Part shown: piece by piece, positions 1 through 9,408 of the stretch
Position numbering within the stretch: the first letter of the stretch is position 1
How the letters are laid out: every line of letters starts with the position of its first letter
Assembly (NCBI GenBank): GCA_964562425.1
Contig: CAZLTJ010000007.1
Coordinates: 1-46,535, forward strand
Length of the DNA: 46,535 bases
Source of the DNA: an uncultured bacterium
GTDB lineage: Bacteria > UBP14 > UBA6098 > B30-G16
Direction of reading: 5' to 3'
Position numbers and translations under genes: made by a program
The notes under the pieces: model-generated
Told to the model about the DNA's origin: nothing
The model's database searches: none
The model's input: the letters and a program-made list of their open reading frames with translations, nothing else

Positions 1-55
1 TTAATATTGACATAACTTCACCTCTGTATTTTAATTAAAATTTAAACCTGACAAT

Positions 56-1432
56 TTAAAGTGCTTGTACTGTACGCCATGCGCCATTCGCATAGCACAT
101 TAAAGTACCATTTGCTCCCGCATCCGTATCAAGCCATAAAGCGCCAGCAGTAACAGACGTAGGCGCTGCATTTTGTGCAATGGCATGTATAGTAGTTGCA
201 TTATATGGAATCAATCCATTTGCATCTATGGTAAAATATTCCGTTGTTTCAACACCAATACTGAAACCGCCTCCACCATTTGAATATTTTAAAAATCCTG
301 GATCCTCGTCTGCGGTATCACCAAAATATATTCTTGATTGCCCATCAACAGCCGATATAATAGAGATACTACAATTCTGTCCCTCGCCAACCGTTTTGGA
401 AAATACAGCAACAGTATCAGCATCTAAAGCAGGAACAGTAGACACATCACCACGAACATCTAATAATGAAGCTGGTGAACCTGTACCTATACCAATAAAA
501 CCCGTACCTCCATCGATAAATACGGATATCCCTACCGTTGTTCTAAACTCATAATTTACATCAGCCTCCGGGTCATTAAATTCAACTTTACTTGGACTAA
601 TCTCAAGTACTCTCGTACCGCCTATTTCCCATTTGAAATCAGCAGTAGAATCCATGTTATCAATGAAGAATTTAGCAACATTATTATTGCCATTTTTTCC
701 CCAGTAAAATCCTGCTGCTACGTCAGCAAGAAGACTCATATAACAATCCCCATCAGATTCCAATGTAAGGAGAGTATTTGCAATAGCGGTTACTGTCCCG
801 GCTGAACCCTCGAATATATGAAATAATGTATCTGGGGACTTCATACCAATACCAATTTTTCCTGTCCCCATATCCATGGCGAGGATATTATCAACCCTTA
901 TTCCCGCAGCATCGTCAATACTCCGAAATCTCGCCACACCATCACTAACATAATATCCCATTATTTTATCATCGGCAGCGGCATTGCTATCAGCCAAAAA
1001 TAAAGAAGCAGTTATTCCCTCAAGAATCAATCTGGCAATACCTGCGCCTTTGACATGTAAACCAGTCCCGGTAAAATCACCGGCAGCAGTACCTACATTT
1101 TGAAACGGGTCTTCTGTACCCATGCCAATAATTTGAGAGCTATCAATTGTCATAGCAAAAGTAAGTGTTCCGTCCGTTGCAGTATAAAATTTTAAATTAC
1201 CGTCCCAATCAGCAGCCGCACCATAATAATCAGAATCTTTTCCGGCAACTATTTTCGCAAAGGACGCATCGGAATAACTAGCTGTCCCGGTTGAATCTCC
1301 GCGTCCACCGAAAAGCAATGCCACGGCCTGCCCTGTTTCAGTCGTTGCCGGATTGTCCGTATTCCTAAGAGTAAAGGCCGTCAATTCCGCATCGGCCTGT
1401 TGCCGTCTGATTTCCCTTATAAAGTCAGCCAT
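56..1432 (-). CDS. tail fiber / receptor-binding protein
   Basis: 458-aa ORF at the distal end of the tail module. Gly/Thr/Ala-rich, with three copies of a fiber-type motif (IGMGTEDPFQNV, IGIGMKSPDTLFHI, IGIGTGSPASLLDV). Overlaps the upstream ORF by 8 nt. Confidence 0.6.
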   Translation of the reverse strand: MADFIREIRRQQADAELTAFTLRNTDNPATTETGQAVALLFGGRGDSTGTASYSDASFAKIVAGKDSDYYGAAADWDGNLKFYTATDGTLTFAMTIDSSQIIGMGTEDPFQNVGTAAGDFTGTGLHVKGAGIARLILEGITASLFLADSNAAADDKIMGYYVSDGVARFRSIDDAAGIRVDNILAMDMGTGKIGIGMKSPDTLFHIFEGSAGTVTAIANTLLTLESDGDCYMSLLADVAAGFYWGKNGNNNVAKFFIDNMDSTADFKWEIGGTRVLEISPSKVEFNDPEADVNYEFRTTVGISVFIDGGTGFIGIGTGSPASLLDVRGDVSTVPALDADTVAVFSKTVGEGQNCSISIISAVDGQSRIYFGDTADEDPGFLKYSNGGGGFSIGVETTEYFTIDANGLIPYNATTIHAIAQNAAPTSVTAGALWLDTDAGANGTLMCYANGAWRTVQAL

Positions 1433-1661
1433 CTTTTTTATCCTGTTTAGGTTTTTTCAATTCAGATAATTCCTGTAACAACTTAACATTTTCCTGTTTT
1501 GATTTTTCAAGATCAACCAATAAATTAAGAATTAAATCATTTATGTCCTGTACTGCGGCCGCTTCCCGGTTTTTTAGTCTGTTGATATCGGCCATTTTTG
1601 CAAGGACGTAAGTTTTAGCATCAACCTGATTTTGTTTTACGTTGTTCTCCATTTTGTTCAA
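1425..1661 (-). CDS. hypothetical coiled-coil protein
   Basis: 78-aa ORF, charged and heptad-like (LILNLLVDLEKSKQENVKLLQELSELKK). Overlaps the fiber gene start, consistent with coupling. Function unknown. Confidence 0.4.
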   Translation of the reverse strand: MNKMENNVKQNQVDAKTYVLAKMADINRLKNREAAAVQDINDLILNLLVDLEKSKQENVKLLQELSELKKPKQDKKDG

Positions 1662-1678
1662 TCCTTTCTGTGATTAAA

Positions 1679-1975
1679 TTATTTCCCTTTTTTATTATTT
1701 TTTATTTCAGCAATAATCTTTGTTTCGGCCAGCTCAATACGCTTGTCAAATCTATCCCGGCAATTGCCCTCCTGCTCTTTAATCATAAGCCGGACATTTG
1801 TTTTGGTTATCTTGCCGTTTCCATTTTCTGAATTACCATTCTTGCCGTTCTTTCTTTTCTTATAAATAACAACACCGCCAATTAAGGCAGCTGCAATATA
1901 GGGCGGTGCAGCGATAAGTAACCTAACGATATCTTTAACAATTAATAATTGCTCTGTTGTGAATAATGTCTGCAT
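1679..1975 (-). CDS. small single-pass membrane protein
   Basis: 98 aa with one hydrophobic segment (LLIAAPPYIAAALIGGVVIY) followed by a basic KKRKNGKNG stretch. A holin-like role is only a guess. Confidence 0.4.
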   Translation of the reverse strand: MQTLFTTEQLLIVKDIVRLLIAAPPYIAAALIGGVVIYKKRKNGKNGNSENGNGKITKTNVRLMIKEQEGNCRDRFDKRIELAETKIIAEIKNNKKGK

Positions 1976-1981
1976 AATTAA

Positions 1982-2638
1982 TTACCAAGGCTCCGTATTA
2001 TTATTGGTTGCATGTCTAATGACTTTTAATTGCTTAGATTCAATTGTTACCGAATCACCCCCTGCGTCTGTATTTATTCTATACTGGATTCTTACGAGGC
2101 ATATATCATTTGCACCTACACCAGTTATGCTTTGCCCTGTATACAAAGTATAAGATGTCCAAACCCCTCCCACAGTGAGATTTTGAGTTGCTGCTCCGAC
2201 TTTTGACGTTACTACGCCTGTTGATGAAACTTCAAATATTTCATATTCAATTTGTAAGTCTGCCGCAACAAAGCCCCCTCCGTTTATTGTCGCTTTTACT
2301 GCAATGGTTGCGTCAATAGTAGCAACAGCTCCGCGTATAAATTCTATTGTATTAGCAACTCTTTTTACATCATTAGTACCTACAACAGCTAAATATACAC
2401 TGCCCGATTCTGGCGTATACGAACCATAGGCAAGCGCCGGAGGATTATTATACCAGGTTGATGTTGTAATTCCTATTACGTTTCCTTGGTTTATTATGAA
2501 TGAATCCATATTCAATATAGGAAACATATATTGAGGATTAATGTTATCAGCGGTATTATTTGCGTCGTCATTTAAATTCTGCTGCATTGTCCTTGTAACT
2601 TGGTCGCCGCTATTGATTGTCTGGTTAGCTATTGCCAT
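1982..2638 (-). CDS. hypothetical tail-tip associated protein
   Basis: 218-aa ORF between the large tail-tip protein and the fiber. Beta-rich composition. Assigned by position only. Confidence 0.4.
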   Translation of the reverse strand: MAIANQTINSGDQVTRTMQQNLNDDANNTADNINPQYMFPILNMDSFIINQGNVIGITTSTWYNNPPALAYGSYTPESGSVYLAVVGTNDVKRVANTIEFIRGAVATIDATIAVKATINGGGFVAADLQIEYEIFEVSSTGVVTSKVGAATQNLTVGGVWTSYTLYTGQSITGVGANDICLVRIQYRINTDAGGDSVTIESKQLKVIRHATNNNTEPW

Positions 2639-2649
2639 AATTTAATCCT

Positions 2650-4947
2650 TTAATAAACGTGATAACTATTTCCTATTGACCATGTGACGTTAGCATGTGC
2701 GATACTCGCTATGTCGCCCCCGCCCTCTAACGATTCTTCTATTTCAAAAGTTATTGTCGTTAATATTTGTTTCAATCTAAAATGTTCAAATGTCGCGTTG
2801 TCGCCGTCAAGGGTTATAGCCATTCCCGGTATTGCAATGTTTGAATCAATTGTTTCTCCGCTTGCCAATGTGACAACAGTACCGTTTAGCTCAATACTTG
2901 CATCCGCGCCATTACCGCCTATCTGATCGTCATCGACATAAGCGCAACCGACAAAAGCCCATTTCTTAAAAGGATTGCTTTCTTCCGGGCCATATAAATC
3001 TGTATATCGTTTCGCAACAAGACCCGTACCCGTACCGTTGACAGCAAAGCCACTGTTAAATATTTGCGCTATTATCGTTTCATTAATTTTATGTTCATGT
3101 AATTTAACATAGTCGCCAAGTTCGACAACAAGTCCGGATGCGTCTAGGTCAGTATTGATAATTTCAGGCGGTTTATTTAGTTGACTTAATAATCTTTGCG
3201 CAATTGAATCTGCAGCGGCCCCTGAATTATAAAAATATACAGGCGGGTTAGTAGGTGCGCTTAATTGTAAAACTCTATTGCCCGTACCCTGTATTTTAAC
3301 ATCAAAATTATCGGGCGTTGAAATACCTGAATCAAAGTTTGTTATAATGACTTTATCTTTAAGGTCATCTGAATTTGTATTAACTTGATATGATTGTAAT
3401 TTACCGGCTGTTGACAGAGACAACAATGCAGGCGGATCGTCTGTACATGGTGAGACTGTACGATTATATAAAAGATGTATACGCCTGTCTTCAGATATTG
3501 ATTTTTTCTTTTCAGTAAAGAAATACATTCCGCATATTTTTGCAATGTCCTCAACAATTCTTAACAATCCTATCTCTTTATTATAATCAGTATTAATTTC
3601 AGCATCTTCACCATTAAAGAAATTAAATGTTTCATCAAATGAATAACCCTCGACCGGTGTTTGTAATTGTAAAAAAATTGAACCAATAACACCGTCAAAT
3701 ACTCCTCTTTGGGGAGAAGATATGTCTAACATACCAGAGTCAAATCCTATAAACCTGCTATTAGTCAAAAGGTCGTAAATTATTAAAACCGGATTTGGAT
3801 TATAAGTACCGTTTATATACGTGTTGCTTTTTGTTTCAATACATATCATTGGATCCGGATTATCATCTGCCCAGGCTGATGCTCCTGATTTATAATCACT
3901 CCATGTTCCGGTAAATCCATCAGGAATGCTGGTTAGTATTTTTACAAATATTCCATCTATTCCACTAATTTTAGTAACCTCAACTTTTGAATTAAAATTT
4001 GTAGAATCAAATGGTGTCCATTTTTTTTGTCCGCTTCTATAATCCCAATAATAAACTTTATAAGTGCCTCCTGAATAATTTACAGCAGAAACGTCAATAT
4101 CATTTATAAAAGGAAAATACCAAAGATAATATGAAGGAACTATTGAATCACCACTACCAATTATTATTGCATTTGCTAAGTTTGGATTTCCAAGTGTTAT
4201 AGAAAAAGGATTTTTCCTTTCTGATATTTCCTTTCCTTCACTATTAGTTATTAATTTATGTATTCCATATTTTATTACTTGTTGATAGCCAACATCATTA
4301 TAATCCGTAGATGTTCCATAATCAAAAATCTCACTTGCGAGAATTAACGTACACACTTTAAAATCATTAATCCTTTTTGTAATGTCCTTTGAACCTACAT
4401 TGACAATACCGGCCATTCTTTGCTCTGTCTTTGTATAAATATCGCCCCGGTATATTTCAACCGTTTCTTCCCTTGCCGATGTTAGCGATTCCGTACCCGA
4501 TGGAGGAACACCCCACCCAAGCGTTGCAGGGGTTGCGATAATGTCCGTGGGTTCATCCCCAAAACCTAAAGGGGAAATGACAGGCAATGTAACCGATATG
4601 GATGTTGTGACCGGTATCTGTTTAAAACCCCAAAGGATATAATACTCTTTGTCCATCCAGAAATCAGAACCGAATTTTTTACGCAAAGTAAAAAGCCAAT
4701 CACCTATATCAGTTTTATTATTGCTCAATTCAAAAGAATGGCCGCCGGGAGAAAACTTGCCGATATCATAAGACATTGAACGTTTGACATTACCCCATGC
4801 GTTTATAAATTGAGATACATCCAAATCAAATGACATTAAACCGTGATCAGGTTCATCAGCCGTGTCCTCAAATACTAATTTTGCAAATGGATTTAAAACC
4901 TGATTTGCAAATAGTACTTTCTTAAAGGCATCTGATAAGGCAAGCAT
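2650..4947 (-). CDS. large tail-tip protein (Tal-like minor tail protein)
   Basis: 765-aa ORF, second gene after the tape measure, which is the canonical TMP-Dit-Tal order in siphoviruses. No enzymatic motif recognised. Confidence 0.5.
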   Translation of the reverse strand: MLALSDAFKKVLFANQVLNPFAKLVFEDTADEPDHGLMSFDLDVSQFINAWGNVKRSMSYDIGKFSPGGHSFELSNNKTDIGDWLFTLRKKFGSDFWMDKEYYILWGFKQIPVTTSISVTLPVISPLGFGDEPTDIIATPATLGWGVPPSGTESLTSAREETVEIYRGDIYTKTEQRMAGIVNVGSKDITKRINDFKVCTLILASEIFDYGTSTDYNDVGYQQVIKYGIHKLITNSEGKEISERKNPFSITLGNPNLANAIIIGSGDSIVPSYYLWYFPFINDIDVSAVNYSGGTYKVYYWDYRSGQKKWTPFDSTNFNSKVEVTKISGIDGIFVKILTSIPDGFTGTWSDYKSGASAWADDNPDPMICIETKSNTYINGTYNPNPVLIIYDLLTNSRFIGFDSGMLDISSPQRGVFDGVIGSIFLQLQTPVEGYSFDETFNFFNGEDAEINTDYNKEIGLLRIVEDIAKICGMYFFTEKKKSISEDRRIHLLYNRTVSPCTDDPPALLSLSTAGKLQSYQVNTNSDDLKDKVIITNFDSGISTPDNFDVKIQGTGNRVLQLSAPTNPPVYFYNSGAAADSIAQRLLSQLNKPPEIINTDLDASGLVVELGDYVKLHEHKINETIIAQIFNSGFAVNGTGTGLVAKRYTDLYGPEESNPFKKWAFVGCAYVDDDQIGGNGADASIELNGTVVTLASGETIDSNIAIPGMAITLDGDNATFEHFRLKQILTTITFEIEESLEGGGDIASIAHANVTWSIGNSYHVY

Positions 4948-4950
4948 ATT

Positions 4951-5868
4951 TTATAGCTCTTGCAAATTAAGTGTTTGAACGTATCCATCACCTGTAAACG
5001 GGGATCGCCAATTGGCATTAAAAGCATTTGTCTGTTTTATTCCAAATCCGTTTACAATTAATTCCACATAATTGATTTCATGTGTCAATGTCCATACGGC
5101 TCCGGGTGTTCTTTCCTGTGCATTAGTAACTTTAAACTGACAGAAACTAGAACCGTCAATGAAGTCTGAAAAAGATGTGAATCCCTCTAATGGTCTTAAT
5201 GATGCAAACTGTTGATTAGTTGCATCAACTGTAATAGACTGTCTTTTTATTTCAACCCATTCAGCATTAGTATAATTGTAAGCATAAATGATATAGCCCA
5301 AATCATTTGTATTCGCGCCACTTGTTTCTTTTACACGCGGGTCTTGCATAAATAAAGTTAAGCGTCTTAGATATTCAGCGCCATAAGCTGCAATCCAGGT
5401 GCTTAAATCAAACTGATAGAAGTAATGGATGTTCTTTAATGTCGCTGTACTGACAGTAACATCCGTACTAAAATTTTGTATTGCCGTATACTGACCGCCT
5501 GTAAATTCCGTTGCACTTGCATAAGTAGGTTCTGCTAAATCAGAAGCAAGTTGTTTGCCCTCGTTGCCGCCTGTATTATTAATGTTTATTCTCTGGCTTG
5601 CTGCTGCCGGTTCATGGATATAAACCTTATGCGGATATGCCCGGTTATTCATTACCTTTGCAATTGTGTTGCCAAAATCGGCTTGAGTGACAGCATCAAG
5701 TTCAAGCGTAATCTGCGCTTTCATTGAATCTTCAATAAAAAACCCATCCCTTGCACCGCCCCGGTTAAAACTCACATCCGAATCGTCATCAAGATTTATC
5801 CTGACAGCATCGGATATTGTTTTTAATCCTGTGCCTGCTGAATTTATAAAGCCTATTTTAAAACTCAT
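4951..5868 (-). CDS. distal tail protein (Dit)-like
   Basis: 305-aa ORF immediately after the tape measure, with a 4-nt overlap. Assigned by position. Confidence 0.45.
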   Translation of the reverse strand: MSFKIGFINSAGTGLKTISDAVRINLDDDSDVSFNRGGARDGFFIEDSMKAQITLELDAVTQADFGNTIAKVMNNRAYPHKVYIHEPAAASQRININNTGGNEGKQLASDLAEPTYASATEFTGGQYTAIQNFSTDVTVSTATLKNIHYFYQFDLSTWIAAYGAEYLRRLTLFMQDPRVKETSGANTNDLGYIIYAYNYTNAEWVEIKRQSITVDATNQQFASLRPLEGFTSFSDFIDGSSFCQFKVTNAQERTPGAVWTLTHEINYVELIVNGFGIKQTNAFNANWRSPFTGDGYVQTLNLQEL

Positions 5869-7784
5869 GCGAAAGATACTCCGTTTACTTTCATAAATTT
5901 ATTTAATACTGTGAATACTGCCTGACCTGTTGCGTCCGGATCTATTGCGCCATTGACAGTTATATTAATACTTGCACCGCTTCGCCTGCCTATTTCCTCA
6001 CCACCATGAGCGGGAATTAAAACGCGCTCCGTTGATGCACCTGGTACCGTTCTTGTCATCCCTTCAGATGTTTGAAAAGATGTTGCTGCGATTTTACTTA
6101 TTAAAGCACCTGTTGCACCTAATGATATAGCGGAAAAAATACCGCCAAGAATAGGGCCACCAAGTTTAGCGCCAAATTTAAAAGAATGGATTGCGGCTTC
6201 GTAGCCTGCAACTGTTGCGTCTGCAATTGCTGCCACTTGTGCAATTCCTGAAAATTCTTTAACTTCACTTGCAAGTAGACTAAGATTATCCGCTAAAAAT
6301 CCTGTGGTTTGTTTTGCTATATCTATTTTTCTCATTTGTTGTTCTTCAAAGAAATCTGTTTCTCTTTTATCTATTTCATTCATTTTAACTTGTCTGGCTT
6401 CACGCAATGCTGTAACTGCTTCATCATTTCCTTTAACAATTTCAAAATCTGAAAGGAAACTTTCTTGTAATTTTTGTCTTTCTAAATCAAATTGATTTGT
6501 AGCTAATTCATTTTTTGATTCATTAAATATTTGCTGTTGTTCTAAATCTTTTTTTCTTTGTTCATCAATTATCTTTTGCTTTTCTTCTGCTCTGAATTTT
6601 TCAAAATCAAGTTCAACTCCTATGTCATCTTCTTTTTCTTTTTCTTCTTCTTTTGCTTTCGGTTTCGGTTTCGGTTTTTCTTTTACCACTTTTGCAAGTT
6701 CTTTTTCTTCTTTTATTTGTTTTTGTAACTCTTTCCTTCTCTTCAATAGACTTTTAGAGCTTTCATCAGCCGATAACGATTCATCAGCAAATGCACCGAC
6801 AACATCAAAAATCGCAACAGCTTCTCCTTTTGCTTCTGCTGCTGCAATTTTTCTTTGTACTATTAGCCGTTGCTCCTCTTCTTTTGCTGTTTTCCCAGCG
6901 TCTATTTGCCTTTCTAAAGTAGTTTCTAACTGAATACCGTTTTTTATTAATTCTCGCTCTATTTTAACAAGCTCTGTTTCTGTACTTGTCAAACCTTCTA
7001 TTTCTATTCTTGCTTCACTAAGCGCACCAATCAAATCATCAGTAGAGTTTTTTAGAAAATATATTGCGTTTTGAAATAAAGATGATTTCCCTATCGATTG
7101 TCCTAATACCTCTCCAAGATCGCCCAAAGAATTACCAAGCTGATCAATAGTCCCGAAACCTTTAGCCGCCGCTTCCGCTTGCCCGCCAAATTGTTTATTT
7201 AATTCTTCTAATATAACCGCTTGTGCTCCTGCTGTATCACCCGCATCAACCATTGTCTTTATCATGTCTTTCTGGACATCATTAAATGTAATTCCGGTTC
7301 TTGATAGTGCGGATATACCCAATATAGGATCGTTTAATGCTTTGCCAAGTTGTATTGCTGAAGATTTTAAATCTTGCCCCATACCAACAGAAACGTCAAG
7401 TACTGCTTTAAGTGCCTCTGGAAAAACATCTTTACCAATATTTGTAAATGTTGCAAGTAATGATTGTGATTCAATAATAGCTTCATCACCAAAAGTAGTG
7501 ATGTCCTGCAATGCACTTGCCATCTTAGTAAGTTCATCGAAAGTAAAGCCTGCTGCCATCCCTGTGCTTTTTATTGTTTGAGCAAGTTTTTTTTCAACTC
7601 TTTCCTGTTCAGATGCTAATCCAATAAGTTTTTTAAAACCAACGGTTAATAGTCCAGCGGCAAGAGTACCGAGAAGCATTTGATTTCTTAATCTTGATAT
7701 AGAAACACGGACACCCTCAATACCTTTTTTGGCTCTTTGTGTTCCTTTTGCCGTTACTCTTAACCCCAGTTCTTTATCGGCCAT
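5865..7784 (-). CDS. tail tape measure protein
   Basis: 639 aa. N-terminal TM-like segment (LLGTLAAGLLTVGF), a TMP core-like region (QLGKALNDPILGISALSRTGITF), a long charged coiled coil with a KPKPKPK tract, and a Gly-rich hydrophobic C-terminal region. Lies downstream of the chaperone pair. Confidence 0.85.
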   Translation of the reverse strand: MADKELGLRVTAKGTQRAKKGIEGVRVSISRLRNQMLLGTLAAGLLTVGFKKLIGLASEQERVEKKLAQTIKSTGMAAGFTFDELTKMASALQDITTFGDEAIIESQSLLATFTNIGKDVFPEALKAVLDVSVGMGQDLKSSAIQLGKALNDPILGISALSRTGITFNDVQKDMIKTMVDAGDTAGAQAVILEELNKQFGGQAEAAAKGFGTIDQLGNSLGDLGEVLGQSIGKSSLFQNAIYFLKNSTDDLIGALSEARIEIEGLTSTETELVKIERELIKNGIQLETTLERQIDAGKTAKEEEQRLIVQRKIAAAEAKGEAVAIFDVVGAFADESLSADESSKSLLKRRKELQKQIKEEKELAKVVKEKPKPKPKAKEEEKEKEDDIGVELDFEKFRAEEKQKIIDEQRKKDLEQQQIFNESKNELATNQFDLERQKLQESFLSDFEIVKGNDEAVTALREARQVKMNEIDKRETDFFEEQQMRKIDIAKQTTGFLADNLSLLASEVKEFSGIAQVAAIADATVAGYEAAIHSFKFGAKLGGPILGGIFSAISLGATGALISKIAATSFQTSEGMTRTVPGASTERVLIPAHGGEEIGRRSGASINITVNGAIDPDATGQAVFTVLNKFMKVNGVSFA

Positions 7785-8378
7785 GTCTTATTTTATTCCT
7801 TAATCTATTAGTCGATTCAGCATGTTTGCTTTTTTGTTCTATCATTTTTTCATATCTATTATGTGCTTTTATTAAACAATCAATTTGCAACCACGTCATA
7901 TTAATAAATTCATTTAAATTATTTACTAATTTTGTTTTTTTTAATCCAACGTACTTCTCAAAATATCCGATATTTTCTGTATTTCTTCTTTCTTTATTGT
8001 TTTTTTTTCAAAGGCTTTTTTTCTTCTTATAAATACATAATTTAGGATTCCTTCAATGTTTTCAAAATCTTCAAATGAAATCATATCTTTTTTATGCCAA
8101 TCCTTAACGTCTGTTTTTGTTATTTCAGCAAACACTTCAATTTTGATATCATCTAATTGTTTTAATGTTATCTTTTCCGTTATCCTTTTATTTATACTTG
8201 CCAATAAATCAGAATCATAAATTGTTAATTGTGGTATCTGTAATTCCACTCCCCCTTGTGTTACATACTTTATCTTCTTTCCAGTTAATACGATATATTC
8301 TTCTTCATCGGTAAGTTCATCTTCCTTTGCCGTTGTCTGTGACTTGGATAATTGGTTTGTTTTTTCCTCTTTGTTCAT
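7774..8378 (-). CDS. tail assembly chaperone, -1 frameshift fusion product (gpGT-like)
   Basis: Hand translation. After the A9 run (8000-8008) the -1 frame is open for 75 codons (NNKERRNTENIGYFEKYVGL...IRHGR). It ends at TAA 7774-7776, just inside the tape measure start. This exactly fills the otherwise non-coding 7785-7940 gap. Confidence 0.55.
7941..8378 (-). CDS. tail assembly chaperone (gpG-like, zero-frame product)
   Basis: 145-aa acidic ORF between the major tail protein and the tape measure. Contains A-rich slippery sites near its 3' end. Confidence 0.7.
   Translation of the reverse strand: MNKEEKTNQLSKSQTTAKEDELTDEEEYIVLTGKKIKYVTQGGVELQIPQLTIYDSDLLASINKRITEKITLKQLDDIKIEVFAEITKTDVKDWHKKDMISFEDFENIEGILNYVFIRRKKAFEKKTIKKEEIQKISDILRSTLD
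8000..8008 (-). promoter_or_regulatory. programmed -1 ribosomal frameshift slippery site (G AAA AAA AAC context)
   Basis: Nine consecutive A on the coding strand, read as gaa-aaa-aaa-aca in the zero frame. The -1 frame has a TGA immediately upstream and opens exactly at this run. Confidence 0.55.
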
Positions 8379-8419
8379 GGTGTAATCCTTTCTAATTTAA
8401 ATACATTGTTAAATTATTC

Positions 8420-9376
8420 TTACGCACTGTAAGCCGTTGACCTTTCATTCTGCAATACTACTTCATTATTATCTTCTGTTGCAAAAAGTGTAGTGGCAAT
8501 GTTTAAAAGAGCATTTGCAGATGGGGCCGGAGGTGTCCAGCTATTGTAAATCATTGCCGGAAAGTTAAAATCAATGTAGTTTGAATTTGCATCTGTAAGA
8601 GTCAGCCTGAATGGTGTTGCTGTCTTTGCCCTGTACTTGTCATATTCCGTTTCAGATGTAAAGTCCAAACCGGCAAGACTTACGGCAATCCCAAAGTTGG
8701 CAGAATAGATATTATCTATTGTCTGTATATTTGAAATGGCCTTATGTCTCTGATTGTCCCGCGTAATCGTTATCTCGCAAGTGTTAAAATTCGTATTAGG
8801 TGAGCCGCCTAGCGTCCATATACTCGCATTGTGTGCCGTAAGAATGGGAGAGGTTGAATAGGTAAGGGACTGCGTTGCAAGCTCGCTGTCTATCTGATAG
8901 AAACCCTCGACCGTAACTGTGACCGCGCCCGTACCTGAATCAATGGAAAACGTAAGGGTATTTACCCTGAAACCTCTATACTGCTTTGAATCAATATCTT
9001 TATCAGACCAGAGATTAAACCAGGTGGGTATACTCGTATCATTGCGGGTAAACGTATGTGTATAGGGTGGAGATTCGCCGATGGTATCCGTACCGAAAAT
9101 AGATTGTAAAAAATGGCCGATATTACCAGACGTATTGTCACCTACATCAAGTGCAAAGCCTAATGAAAGGTTAAGGAATATCGGCGGCGTTGTCGTTTTC
9201 CTTATTTGAAGACTTGAACCTACCTGATTGACAGGCTCTGGCGCGAATTCCTCTGTTGTCCCAAAGTTAGTACACAACAGGCCTAAAGTAAAAGACTCGG
9301 CTGCCGTACCAAAAGCCCCTGCACCTAACGCAATACCTACATCAACTAAGTTTGATGAATCTCCTTGTGAACTCAT
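8420..9376 (-). CDS. major tail (tube) protein
   Basis: 318-aa ORF directly upstream of the chaperone/TMP pair. Strong SD (aaaggagcac) before the ATG. Assigned by position and size. Confidence 0.65.
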   Translation of the reverse strand: MSSQGDSSNLVDVGIALGAGAFGTAAESFTLGLLCTNFGTTEEFAPEPVNQVGSSLQIRKTTTPPIFLNLSLGFALDVGDNTSGNIGHFLQSIFGTDTIGESPPYTHTFTRNDTSIPTWFNLWSDKDIDSKQYRGFRVNTLTFSIDSGTGAVTVTVEGFYQIDSELATQSLTYSTSPILTAHNASIWTLGGSPNTNFNTCEITITRDNQRHKAISNIQTIDNIYSANFGIAVSLAGLDFTSETEYDKYRAKTATPFRLTLTDANSNYIDFNFPAMIYNSWTPPAPSANALLNIATTLFATEDNNEVVLQNERSTAYSA

Positions 9377-9408
9377 TTTGTGCTCCTTTTTTATTTAATT
9401 AAATTTCT

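Noticed and set aside
1679-1975. Calling the 98-aa membrane protein a holin, and looking for a lysis cassette.
   Set aside because: It has only one TM segment, and no endolysin, spanin or second holin feature appears anywhere in the window. Its position between tail genes does not support a lysis role.
8016-8022. First A7 run in the chaperone gene as the frameshift site.
   Set aside because: After a -1 shift here the new frame reads AGC CTT TGA and terminates after two codons. Only the downstream A9 run opens the long -1 frame.
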